This document shows, piece after piece, positions 14,601 to 28,680 of a stretch of DNA of 64,000 nt. Within the stretch, counting starts at the first letter, position 1, and each line of letters begins with the position of its first letter. The stretch is from Octopus vulgaris (Eukaryota). The notes beneath the pieces are model-generated. The model worked only from the letters and a program-made list of their open reading frames with translations, was not told where the DNA came from and searched no databases. A program made the position numbers and the translations under genes. The stretch is taken from contig OX597818.1 in assembly GCA_951406725.2 (NCBI GenBank), positions 39,184,001-39,248,000 of the forward strand, in the 5' to 3' direction.

Positions 14601-17600
14601 GTTTATTTTTTAAAATCTTTCAGTTATTGGTTGAGGCTTCCCAAAACTCAACAAAGAAAAGTGCAACAGTTTTTATAACCGTGAGAAGAAATTTAAATGC
14701 ACCAATTTTCCAGTCACAAAATTATTTTAAGAGTGTGCAAGAGTCAGAAAACCTTGGTCAGATAATCCTTACAGTATCAGCCACAGATTTGGACAATGTA
14801 AGTTTTATTTTATTTTGAATTATGTTATTAAATATGATGGTTTAAAATTTCCTAACCATACACTTACATATCTATATGCATACACTCACACCAGCATAAG
14901 TAATATCATGAATTCTTGCATTAATTTTATCAAATGAATATTAATTTGTTTGATCAACTGGACAACCTACTCATTGAATTAGTGTTTAACTCCCTACCAC
15001 CACCACCACCACCACCATAATCATCATCATCATCATCTAACGTCAGTTTTCCATGCTGACATGGGTTGGACAGTTTGACAGGAGCCGGACTGCTGGAGAA
15101 CTAATCCAAGCTCCCTTCGTCTGCTTTGACATGGTTTCTATGGCTGGATGCCCTTTCTACTGCCAACCAGGATGCAGGGTGCTTTTATGTGGCAGTGGTA
15201 CAGACATTTTTAAATGCCACTGGCATGAGCATGATTACATGGTACCAATATAAGCACTTTTACATGGCACCATTCCACAAACAGATGTACTCATGTAGAG
15301 CCAGCATAACACAGAATAATAAAACTGGCTCTTCCGATTACAAGCACAATTCATCTATTGGGATTTTTCATAGTTTCCACTCAGTTTCACTCACAGGGTG
15401 GAGCCTAGGATGCCATACAGTAGGACTGGACCTGGGGTTTCATGTTTGTTAAGTGAACTTCTTAAACAGTTAACCATGCCAGCATGCAGATACACTCCCT
15501 CACACCTTCACACCCCTCTACCCCCACTGCCACCTGCACACCCGCCCACCCCCATACCCCATCCCCCACACTGATACTAAACCTCCTGAAATAACTACTT
15601 AATATAAATAGTCATTACGTTCTGGTTCAAGTTCCACCAAAGTAGACTTTGCCGTTTATCATTTCAGGGTCAATAAAATAAGTACCAGTTGAGCAATGGG
15701 GTCGATGTAATCGATTTATACCCTCCCCAGAAATTTCTAGCCTTGTGCCAAAATTTGAAATAAATATGTATAGCAATTGACAAATTGTCTGTCCAGTTAT
15801 TCCTCATAATTGCATAGTATAACTTAATTGACTTGTGTAGCAGATTTAATTCTTCATCTGATTTGACATCACCTCCAGGCTTTTAGGCACTTTTTGTGGG
15901 GCCCACTCTGTTGCAAGAAGTTGGGCCAGCTCTCTCGTTTTGGGTCACTTTCTTCCCTTCTTCCTGTAGCACAACATAGATTACCAGTAACCAAGGCAAA
16001 ACAAATATTGCTGTAAGGCAGGCTATTTTTTTTTCGTTATCACAACTTCTTTATTTTCTTTCTTTTGTAGTTTTGCTCTCCTAAGAATTTTGCCTGCAGG
16101 GCAACTGCCCCTAGGGTCCAATACACTCTACACCATTGTCTTCCTCTTTGGACTATGCATAAAAACTTATTAATGCCAGAGACAGATTACATATAGTAAT
16201 AATTAAACTAAAGAATAGCTTATTGTTTTATTTTACTTTCTACATCACACTACTGAATGTACCATCTATTTGTAATAAAGTTATTGCATTGATCTAATAG
16301 GAATGTTATATGAAAATTCATTAAATCTTGTATGATTTATAAAATATTTCCTTTGATTGTATTCTTTACAGGATGTCTTGAAATATAATCTCTCAAAAAC
16401 CGTCACTCCAAGTTTCAAAGCAGAGGAATTTTTCTTTGTTAATTTCATTACTGGTGAGATTAGCTTAATTAAAAGTCTTCGTGGTATTAGTGAGACTCAG
16501 ATTACGGTAAGAAGTTAACAATATACATTTATATTATGATTCTTAGAAATTAAAAATAAAGTGTATATGTTTATTTATTGATATTTCTTGCCTTTTAAGA
16601 AAAGTATGGGTTTTACTAATATGCTTTTATCATACACAAATTCTGCTTTAGTATGTTCATATTCAATGAAGATCATGAGTGGTCTTTAACTTGCACAATA
16701 CCATTCCACTTTTTGAAATATCCTTTCCAGATTTCTTATTAAGGTTTATTATAATCAGATTTTGACACTTTATATGTAGTTTTAAGTTTTACTTTTTAAT
16801 TAGCATCCAACAAATTTTATTGACCAATACAATTATAATAGACTTAAAATAATTACAAATTCAAAATTTATTTCACTGAAGTTATGTTGTAAAACGGTCT
16901 TTAAAAAGAAAACTATGATAAATCAATAGCTTTTTCAAAACCTTGCTAAATCTTTTAATGTCAAAGTATACAGTATACTAAAAACATATCAAAGTATAAC
17001 TACTAGGTATTCTTCTGTATAACCTTCATCTTAATTCTCTTATACTTAAAAGATCTAATTATCAATGGAATATCAATTTTTATCAGAGATAACTGAACCA
17101 TGATCATACAGCTGTTGTTTATTACACTCCAGGAAATTATTGAGGGCAAAATCATCAGCCCAACATCACGAAAGAACTTTGATTCTTTTTCTTTTATCAA
17201 AGAACAAGTTCATAAAAAATCTACTTGCCTATAACCCCAAAGCTAACATAAATATCCACCTATTGGATTTACAGCCACTACCTCCTTCTAACAGAGATCC
17301 ATTGTCAAACTATTAACATCCAGTATTTCCTGCTATTACTACAATGGCTTTGAATTCTGTAAAAATGTCAGCTCTATACCACTCTTAAATCTATTCAATA
17401 TATTTCATTTATTTTTTTCTTTTTCTCTTCATACAGTAGCTTTGTTTCCTATGCTAAACAGCAACAACTCAAATTAAACAGAAAACTTTTAACTTCATAC
17501 ACTTTTTCCAATTCCGTTGTTAACATCCAGTATTTCCTGCTATTACTACAATGACTTTGAATTCTGTAAAAATGTCAGCTCTATACCACTCTTAAATTTA

Positions 17601-20331
17601 TTCAATATATTTCATTTATTTTTTTCTTTTTCTCTTCATACAGTAGCTTTGTTTCCTATGCTAAACAGCAACAACTCAAATTAAACAGAAAACTTTTAAC
17701 TTCATTCACTTTTTCCAATTCCGTTGTTATAACCATGGACATTGCTTATACACATCACTACTCTCTTTTTTTAATCACTAGCTGCTTCTTCTAATGTGTC
17801 ATTTTAAGAGGCACTTATAAATATATACTCTTTACCAAACAACCACTCATATAAGCTACACCAGCATGAAATATTAAAAATACAAGATACTTTTACATTT
17901 TCATTACAAAAGCTAATTCTGTAAGGAAAAATTAAATACTTTTGAATTCTGTTTTATACATTTCAATTTGTTTTCATATAAATTTTAATTTCTATTATAA
18001 TTTGTTAATTATTTGTTACTTATTTGTTATAATTTGTAATTAAATTTTATTTATGCACACATTATTCAGTTTGAAGTGACTGCTAGTGACCAGAGAATTC
18101 CAGAAAAAACTGCTACAGCTACAGTGAGAATAGACATTATTAAAAGCGCCTTCTCTCCAGAATTCCTTAATACACCTTATTCTGCAGTTACTGACGAAAA
18201 TACTTCTCAGGGTAGCACTATTTTCACCGGAGTCACAGCACAGGATAGAGACCTGCGTGTGAGTTCCTTTCTCTCATTCTAATTAATGTTGCATTTCCTC
18301 CAGATATACATAAGTCCAGTTATCTTCCACTCATCAGAAAATTGTGTTCATATTTCTATTTTGATAAAGTATAACAATCTTGAGTCCTTAGCCAAATAAA
18401 GTCAATTTTTCATAATGACATAAAGGCAAATTAATTTAATAAAATTTTTAGTCATATAAACATTGGTTCCAGAGTTCTGTCTCCACCTATAAATGTATTC
18501 ATTTTAACTACTCATAATTACTATTAGGTATGTTAAATCACTGAGCAATATGCAAACAGTAGCAATACAGAATCATAACATATAATTGCCAACCAAGTGT
18601 GGCGTCCTATACAGGACAGTGCTATTGGCAATTATATGTTACAATTACTATTAGTTTTCAGCAGTTGACAGAGTTACCTAACTTTAAAACATTTGAACTA
18701 TAATTATGCGCAAAGAAATTATTGATTATTTTTATTAGCTTATTTAAGGGTAAAGGGTCTGTTTGATGGAAGACATTAAATTTTCTTATAAGTTCATGCA
18801 CTGCATGTAAAAAAATAAATGCGCCCTTTTAAAGCCTAGTCAGGTTCATGGGCCTGGTTTCCTGGTTTTTATGGTGTATGTGTACCCCAGCTGGATGAGA
18901 CGCCAGTCCATTACAGCATTACTCATTTTTGCTAGCTGAGTGGACTGGAGCAACGTGAAATGGAGTGTTTTGCTCAAGAACACAACGCATCGCCTGGTCC
19001 AGGAATCGAAACCACAATCTTACGATCATGGTGCTGACACCCTGACCACTAAGCCAAGTGCCTCCACATGCACTGCATATAGATTATATAAATTTCAATA
19101 ATTCTGTGACAGTGTTCAGGTATTAAAATTGCTTGCATACAATAATATTGCTTAGATGTAAATAATCCTTAAGGCTTTCCCAAGCTTTCAAGTTTGTTGC
19201 ATTCTTCCCATATTGAGAAGAATCATGATTTAATAACAACAGGCAATATAGGTACCCAATGTAATCTCATCTCTCATGGAGCCGTTAGTAGTATTAAAAA
19301 TTCAGCACATGCATTTCTCTGAATATTAGATTAGTTGAACTTCATTTTATATTTATTATTCTGTATTATTTCAATATAGTAAAAGAAAAAAGTTTTGTGA
19401 GAAGTAAGATGTAAAAAGTTGTGCAGTATTGATATGTAAAGAACAAATAATAATAAAAGTGTGCAACTGACATCACAAAAGCTATATATTACTTTCACTC
19501 CTGATTAAATATAGCTTGTGTGATATTTAGGGATGTTGTATTTTGAAATTCCTTGACTGATAAAGTATAAGGATCTCTTCTCAGTCTTGCTTGTACTGTC
19601 CAAAGGAATGTGACAGTATGGCATTTGATACTCGTTCATCATCATTGTTTAACGTCCGCTTTCCATGCTAGCATGGGTTGGACGATTCAACTGGGGTCTG
19701 GGAAGCCCGAAGACTGCACCAGGCCAGTCAGATCTGGCAGTGTTTCTACAGCTGGATGCCCTTCCTAACGCCAACCACTCCATGAGTGTAGTGGGTACTT
19801 TTTATGTGCCACCGACACAGGTGCCAGACGAGGCTGGTGAACGGCCACGCTCGGATGGTGTTTTTTATGTGACACCAACACAGGTGCCAGATGAGGCTGG
19901 CGAATGGCCACGCTCGGATGGTGTTTTTTATGTGCCACCAACACAGGTGCCAGACGAGGCTGTAAATTATTATTTAAGCATTCATGATAAATAAATAAAT
20001 AATAATGTATAGTTATACTAAATATAACAATCAAGATATTACTCCTATTAATATAACGTTCTCTGTTTCCACAGCAAAATTTGAAATTTGAAATTCAAGG
20101 CTATGGAGTGGCAACCTATATATTCTCTGTGAACACAAATGGTCATATAATTCTGAAAAATTCTAATTTACTACGTAATATACAACAAGATAAATATACA
20201 GTAAGTATTCCTGTTATCATCTGTTCATTTTGTCATTTTTTCTCACAGTTTTTGCTGTTGAATATTTTAAATTTTAACTGTTTATTTTTTATTTGAAGTA
20301 TGTGTATTACTACTGAGTATCTTAAGAATGA

Positions 20332-20366
<35 letters not shown>

Positions 20367-23300
20367 TACGCTTAAGAATTTGACATGCATTAGAATTTTT
20401 AGTCGATTGTATATACCTTCTTGATAGGCCATTCTATATGTCTGTATTTTTATTCACATATATATTTTTTACCTTCTGTGTTTTTTTATATATATATACT
20501 TTATATGTTTAAGGGCCATGGTAATATTTATGTATGATCAAATGTTTGGAGGCGTGGTGTTATATATAGCATCATTGACTCAAAATTGATGTTTGTTCTC
20601 TGATCAATGTGTTATATATATATATTACCATTTAACACAATATATACATGCAGCTGACTATATTCTGAATAGACAAGAAGTAAAAAGTGTTTGACACAAA
20701 AATAATTCCTTCTCCCCCCAAAAATAGACCCCGCCCCCGAAAATAAAAACACACATACAGCTGATCATATCCTGAATAGAAAGAGAAAAAGGATCCTCAC
20801 ATGTTGGCTGACACTTCTAAGAATGATTCTATGCTCATTTATTTGTTTGTTTATTAATTTTGGATTTCTCTTTGTTACCAGATACTTCTTGCTGTTTATG
20901 ATGAAGCATTCCCAGATGACAAAACTACAACAAATATGACTATCCGGGTGACGAAAAATTCAAGTGGACCTAAATTTACTCAAAGTATATACAGAAGAAA
21001 TATTACTATGTCTCATTCACTTGGTCAAGTGATAATTCAAGTTACTGCAATAGACAGTGATGGAGTAAGTTATTTTCTTAATTCCTGTTGTTACCAGTGA
21101 TGATGACATTTTATTTCGAAAACCAGCAACAAAAAATCCCTCATCTATGTATTTTCATTGATTAAAGCCACTAGTATTGTCGTATATATATTAATATACA
21201 AGGCTTTCACTCTATACATGCCAGCTCAACTTGATTCATCTTTATTAGTCGAAAGACACTTGCTGTTATTTTCTTGTTGTTTGTATTTGTAATTGTGTAG
21301 AATGTTTTCCATTTCTTTTGTCTTTGTTGTCGTACACATTCGCTTGCTTTCTCCTAAAAAATTTAATGCTCTTAGCTTAGTTTTTGGGGGCAGCCAGATT
21401 TCAACAGTCTCAAGTGTAACTGCCCAAAACTGTAAGGATAACTTGGTAAGTTGACTGATGAGAGGAACTTGCAAATGACCCATCCCTGTTTTTCCCTGTT
21501 CATCTTTTTATTGTTTTTCCTGTCCGTCTTTGCATTGTTCATCTGTCAGGATATTTTATTACTGTCTGTTGTGTTCTTGTTCCATTTTTTGGATATATAT
21601 GTAGTATATATATATATATATATATACATATATTTAATTTCCTTATTTTTATTTTTACTTAGGATCTACCATATTATAATATTTCTGGATTAGCAAATAA
21701 TGATTATTTCATCACCAGTGATGATGGAAAGATATATTTAAAGAAAGCATTGACATCTACTCAAGTTACAAATTCAGTGAGTATGACATATGAAATTTGA
21801 AATTTACTCATTTTACTCATTGGTTGTTTATCCATGTTTGCACAGGTCAGATAAACATATCCTGCTGCAATTAGCATGTAATATCAGCAGGATATCTTCA
21901 TTATGTTTTTATATCTATTTCTGCTTTGTATCTCTAAATTTTTATCAATCTACCATCATTGTGTATATATATATATATATTATACAATGAGAAATAAATT
22001 TCAGCTCAAATTGTAATTCGTTTTTATGAAAAGAATGGATTACTACACTGTTGGATAAAATACCTGGTAACAGCCCCTTTCATTCTGAGTTCAAATACTG
22101 TTGAGGGTGACTTTGGTTTCATTCTTCTGGATTTGATAAAATATGAGTCAAGAGCTAGGATCAGTATATTGGTTTTCTGAAAGCATCCTTACTCAGGATA
22201 AATTTCTATGAAAGTAAAATGCTCTCAGCATTCTTCCAAATAGCAATACATTATTTACATTTGGTAGAAAATTAACTCCAGGGGAAAATTACCAAATGTA
22301 AAAAATGAATTGTTATTTGGAAGAATGCTGAGAGCACTTTATTTTCATAGAAATTTATCCTGAGTAAGCATGCTTTCAGAAAACCAAACATTCCACAAAT
22401 GATAACTTTTTCAATCACATAATCAAACTACTAAGTCTTCAGGAGTTTTGCATTCATTTCTCTAGTTGATGAGGCTCTAACCCAGGCATGTTGAACCTCT
22501 AACCCACAGGTGAAATTTTTTCTGCATTTAAATTTGAAATTAATTACTGGCAATGTCATTACAATTCTATATTAACAAAAGTGGATAAATGAATTTGTAA
22601 AATGAAAGATACATTATTTTTCTCAGAACAGATGTCCCCCACAGGCACTTAAAAACCACCTCTAGTACTTAAAACGTTCCTATATCTCTGATCTAACCGT
22701 ATGCAATATAAGGTGTAACAAAGCTACAGACTTTGCCATGAATACAACAATAGCAGAAGACAACTGGCCAGTATTGAGTAGACATCTCTTATGTCATAGA
22801 CTATCCTTAAGGAAACAGTCAATGTATGTATGTATGTATGTATGTATGTATGTATGTATGTATGTGTGTGTGAGAATATGTGTGGGTGTGCACACATGTG
22901 TGCGTGTAAATGTAAACAAACAAATATTTGTTCTTTTATCAGTAGCGTCAAAAATGTGTGTTGTATGATACAAATAAAATGATATTTTTTCGAATGCAGA
23001 GTTGCCATTAGAACAGCAGAAATATGGGTAAATTACCCTTACAAAGTGTTCAAAAAAATATCATCTTATTTGTTTGTACAGTACACATTTTTGATGCTTC
23101 TAATAAAAGAACGAATATCTGTTTGTTTACATTTACACACACATGGTTGGTCCATAAAGCTAAAGTATTTAATGTCTAAATTTGGCAGAGACGTTATCAG
23201 TGGGCACTTTAGCTTAATGGTAAAGCATTTGTTGAAGTCTTTGAGTGTTGTGGGTTTGAGTCCTTTGGCTGGTTGTTTACAAATTTTTTTCGCTTGTAAG

Positions 23301-23369
23301 GATAATTTACTCAATATTCCTGCTATTCTAATGACAACTCCACATTAGAAAAAAAATTATCTTTTTATT

Positions 23370-23409
<40 letters not shown>

Positions 23410-25034
23410 GCCAACAGGTTTTGTAGTCTGATAGTAGGCCATAACGCCACACCCCTTATGGATGGGAAACCCAGGGTAATCCCATAAACTGGTCTCCCTC
23501 ATTAAAATATTAACTGCTCTACATCCAATGCTGGTTTAACGATTAAGCAAAATAAGCATGTGCTAAGGGCATAAAGGGAAGGAGGGGGCACCACAGAAAT
23601 GGTAAATGGTTTATGGCACAAAAGAAAGCACTTTACATTTGCTAAAATAATATTTGGGATGCCTTTATCTCTACTAAGTATAGATGCAAATCTGTTACCT
23701 AAGATTAATTTTGAGGATCTGATCAAAGACTTTGCAATTCAAAAAAGTAGGAGGAAACTTTTCAAATACAAATAAAGTGGAAGTATACAAAAACAAACAT
23801 TATTTTCCCTCTTACTGTTTTGTTTCATTTTGAAAAATAAAAATTTATTTTATGGTTTGTTATTGTTTATATTTTGAATTACATAATCTTTTATGGGGGT
23901 ACCAAAATCTTTTAACTGCTTAGGGCCTCGATAGGTCTTAATCCAACCCTGTTTGCATCTTGGAGTATACTCCTTCTCTGGATTTATGTTTTTACAAACG
24001 ATATATCATATATATATATATAAATATTGGGTTAAAAACCTTTTTGGAGAGAAAGAGTTGAAGGCTGCCTGTGGGACTCAAATTCTCATCTTACGTAGGC
24101 AAGACACATTCTCATTCATTTTATATGTAAACACACACACACACACAGAAAGAGAGAGTGTGTGTGATGCAGTTATATGCATACAAACACGAGAGAGGAG
24201 TACTTGCTACAAAGCTCAAACAGTACAAAAAGATGATAAATAAGTTATAGTGACTGCATAGTTATAGTAACAGAGAAATAACATCTGACACACTATAAAA
24301 AGAACAAACAAGAAAAAATTCCAGGTTGTTTTAGTAATGTTTCAGCATTGAACAGGTTCTCTGTTTTGCTTCCACTTATATATATACACATAAGTGTATA
24401 TCTTTGTGCATGTGTGTTTACATAAATTTGTTTGCATTTCTTTGTATGTGTTCCTCTGAAGATGTCTAAGGTTTATAATACTATTTAAATTGTATGCTTC
24501 AGTTCAGTGTAACTGCATGTGACAGGAGACAACCACCCAACTGCGACACGGCTTCAGTCAACATCTTTGTTTCTCAAGATAATGCACCAACATTTTTGAA
24601 CACACCTTATAACACCAACATTAACAAATACCATGCCTTCAATAAGCTGGTCTTCTCTGCACGTGGCAATGATGCTGACAACCCTGTAAGTTTTAATTGG
24701 AATTTTTTTTTCTTTTATTTCTGTATTTTTCGTTTTTTTTTGTTTTGCTTTTTTTTTTGGTTTTACTTTTTTCCATAGTTTCATTTGTGGTCAGTGTCCT
24801 TCATACCAAATAAATGCAAAAACTATGATATCTAAATGCTATATATTTATGTATGTATGTATGTATGTATGTATGTATGAATGTACATATATATATGTGT
24901 ATATGTTGTGTGGACGCCCCCAGACAAGGAAGTAGGCTAGCCCAATACGTTGATATAGAGGAAGAAGTCTAGATGTCGAAGAAGTAGAGAAGAATTGAGT
25001 TGAGTAGAAGGCATCCGAATGTGCGCCATAACAG

Positions 25035-25088
<54 letters not shown>

Positions 25089-25845
25089 CATGAGAGGTAT
25101 TAGTATCCAGAAGATCCAAGGTGGTAGGTAATGCTATGTAAGTGCTATGGAAGGTCCATAGTTAAACTCTCGGTTTAATAATGATATGAGTGAAGAGTCT
25201 AATACAGGTCTTGTACAAGCATGTATATGTTAAATAAAATGAGAAAACAAAGCCAAGACTAACTTTCTCTTAATAAATATCCTGAAAACTCCACACAGCC
25301 TTGGCTTTGCTGTCTCATTTTATTTAACATATATAAATGTGTATGTATGTATATATATATTTATATATATATCATCATCATCATCATTTAACGTCCGCTT
25401 TCCATGCTAGCATGGGTTGGACGGTTCAACTGGTGTCTGGGGAGCCCGAAGGCTGCACCAGGCCAGTCAGATCTGGCAGTGTTTCTACAGCTGGATGCCC
25501 TTCCTAACGCCAACCACTCCGAGAGTGTAGTGGGTGATTTTATGTGCCACCGACACAGGTGCCAGACGAGGCTGTCGAACGGCCACGCTCGGAAGGTGTT
25601 TTTATGTGCCACCGACACAGGTGCCAGACAAGGCTGGCAGACGACCACGCTCGGATGGTGTTTTTATGTGCCACCGACACAGGTGCCAGACGAGGCTAGC
25701 AGACGGCCACGCTCGGATGGTGTTTTTATGTGCCACCGACACAGGTGCCAGACGAGGCTAGCAGACGGCCACGCTCGGATGGTGTTTTTATGTGCCACCG
25801 ACACAGGTGCCAGACAAGGCTAGCAGACGACCACGCTCGGATATA

Positions 25846-25879
<34 letters not shown>

Positions 25880-28635
25880 GTGTATGTATATATATATATA
25901 TATGTTACATGGAAAAATGTGAGCAAGAGAAAAAATATTCTTATGATTATAAACCTGGAAAATTACAGGAGAAGTTATTACATTTGGAAAAGTTCAGGAC
26001 AACTTATTACATGTGGTAAAGTTCAGAACAAGAAAAATTTTACTTAAAATATATATTTTACACATATTTTACAATGGCAGTGCATCAGCATGGCCGCAGC
26101 TCTGAGCTGAAACTAAATTTAAAAAAAAATAAAAGATATATATATATATATATTTCCTTATTTCTTTGCAGGTTACATTGAATTATGAAATTATTGGATT
26201 TTATCCTGCAAGAGAGGTTTTTACAATTCTTCCAAGTGGTGATGTCTATCTAAAACAATCTTTAAATTCTACCACTTTGAAGTATCCTGTTTATTATGTA
26301 AGTAACCAGTATTAATATAAACCATATGTTCATCAGCTTAAAAACAAAACCTGTGATAATCAAGTAGCAAATCATCATCATCATCATCATTATCATCATT
26401 TAACATCTGTTGTCCATGTTGGCATGGGTTGGACGGTTTGACCAGGCTAGCATGCTGGAAGGCTGCACCAGACTCCAGCCGAATTTTGCATGATTTTCTA
26501 CATCTTGATGCCCTTCCTAACACCAACCACTCCAAGTGTAATGGGTGCTTTAATGTGCCACCGGCACAGGTGCCATTTGTGTGCACTGGGGTGCTTTTCC
26601 ATGCCACCAGCATGGGTACCAATTTGCATGACACTGGTATCTGCCACAACTATGATATTGCTTGGCTTCATGGGTCTTCTTCTCAAGCACGACATAATGC
26701 TAAAGGTCTTAGTCATTGCCTCTGTGAAGTCCAACTCTCAAAAGGAACTCAGCCACTTTGCCTCTATGAGACCTGACACTTGAAAGGAACTCGGTCACTT
26801 TGCCTCCATCAGGCCCAATGCTCAAAAGTGTTTTTTACATGCCACCAGCTTGAGTGCACTTGGCTTGACAGGTCCTCTCAAGCACAGTACACCACCAAAG
26901 GTTTCAGTCACCAGTCATTGCTTCTGTGAGGCTCAAAGTTTGAAGGTCATGCTTCACCACCTTGTTCCATGTCTTCCTGAATCTACCTCTTCCACAGTTA
27001 GAGATTGGCACTTCTTTACACAGCTGTCCTTGTCCATATACATCACATGACCATACCAGTATAGTTGTCTCTCTTACACAGCACATCTGATGCCTCTTAT
27101 GCTTAATTTTTCTCTCAAGATGCTTATACTCTGTCAAACATGCACACTGGCATTGCTCATGCAGCAAAACATACTGGCTTCATTTCTTTCAAGCTTACAC
27201 ATGTCCTTGGCTATCACAGCCCATGTTTCACTGCTATGCAGCATAGCTGTTTGCATACAGGTATCAAACAATCTGCCTTTCACTCTGAGAGAGAGGCCCT
27301 TTGTAGCCAGCAGGGGCAGGAACTCTCTGAAGTTTGCCCAGCCTAATCTTATTCTTACAGTTACACTCTAGGAGCATCCACCTCCACTACTGTCTTGGTC
27401 ATCTAGATAATAGAAGCTATCTACTACCTCTAGCTTGCACACCTGGCAGTTGATGGAGTCTATTTTCTGCCCATTTGCACCATTTATTGTATCTGTGCAT
27501 CTTCTGGATAGGAAAGCTATTTTCCCTGTTAACCTTCCCCTGATATTACTGCACCTTTAATGCATCCAAAGCTTACACTGGGTGCATCTTATAGAGTTTC
27601 TATCTATAACTTTTCTACAGATTGAACAGGGTCATCTACCTGAAGGGATTTGTGATTTGTCTGCCTTCCTACTTACTAAGACTTTGGTTTTTGCTAGGTT
27701 AACTCTAAAACCCTTTGATTCTAGACCTTGCTTCCATACCTGGAACTTCGCTAGTTCAGGTAGTGATTCAGCTATAGGAGCAAAGGCCATCAGCATAGAG
27801 GAGCTCCCAGGGGCTTCATGTCTTGAATTCCTCTGTTACTGCCTGGAGGTCTATGATGAACAAGAGGCTAAGCTCCATTCCTTGGTGAACCCCTACTTGT
27901 ACCCTGAATTCTTCACTGTACTCATTACCCACCCTCATTTTACTGGTAGCATCCTTGTACATAGCTTGTACAGCTCTCACCAACCACTCATCTATCCCAA
28001 GTTTTTGCATTGACTACCAGATAAGGGATCAAGGGACCCTGTCTAAGGCTTTCTCCAAGTCAACAGAGGCCAAATATAGAGGTTTATCTTAGGCTATGTA
28101 TTTCTTCTGCAGCTGTCTCATCAGAAATGTAGCATCAGTGGTGCTTCTCCCTAGCACAAAACCACACTGCAACTCATCTAGACTCTCTCCTTAATTAGCT
28201 GTAACTTTCATCACCTGATCCAGCAATTTGATATCTTTGTAAGGCATCACCATTACCCTTGTAGCAGCCAAAATGTATAGTATTAAATATCCATCACAGC
28301 TGACCTCATCAATCGGTTTCACATAAATAATACAATGGAGTGTTAGGTAACAAACTGATTATATACCTTTGCACTCATCAGAGTTAGCTGATATGGAAGG
28401 GAATATGGCAGCATCTCTCTATTGTCCTCTATTGTCCATTATATTCTTTATGCAAAACCGGTTGGTTAGACAACTCATGCACTTATGTGTGTGTGTGTGT
28501 GCATGTATTATATGTATATTATATATGCATATATATTGTATTTGTCAGCATGTGTGTATATTTGTTGTTACCTGCAAGAACTGGCTGACATTTAATATCA
28601 GTGGAAGCCTGGGGGTTTTAGTTTCTACACAGTTT

Positions 28636-28680
<45 letters not shown>

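Noticed and set aside
25540-25841. CRISPR-like regular array
   Set aside because: Contiguous 62-bp units with no unique spacers, inside a retroposon in eukaryotic DNA.
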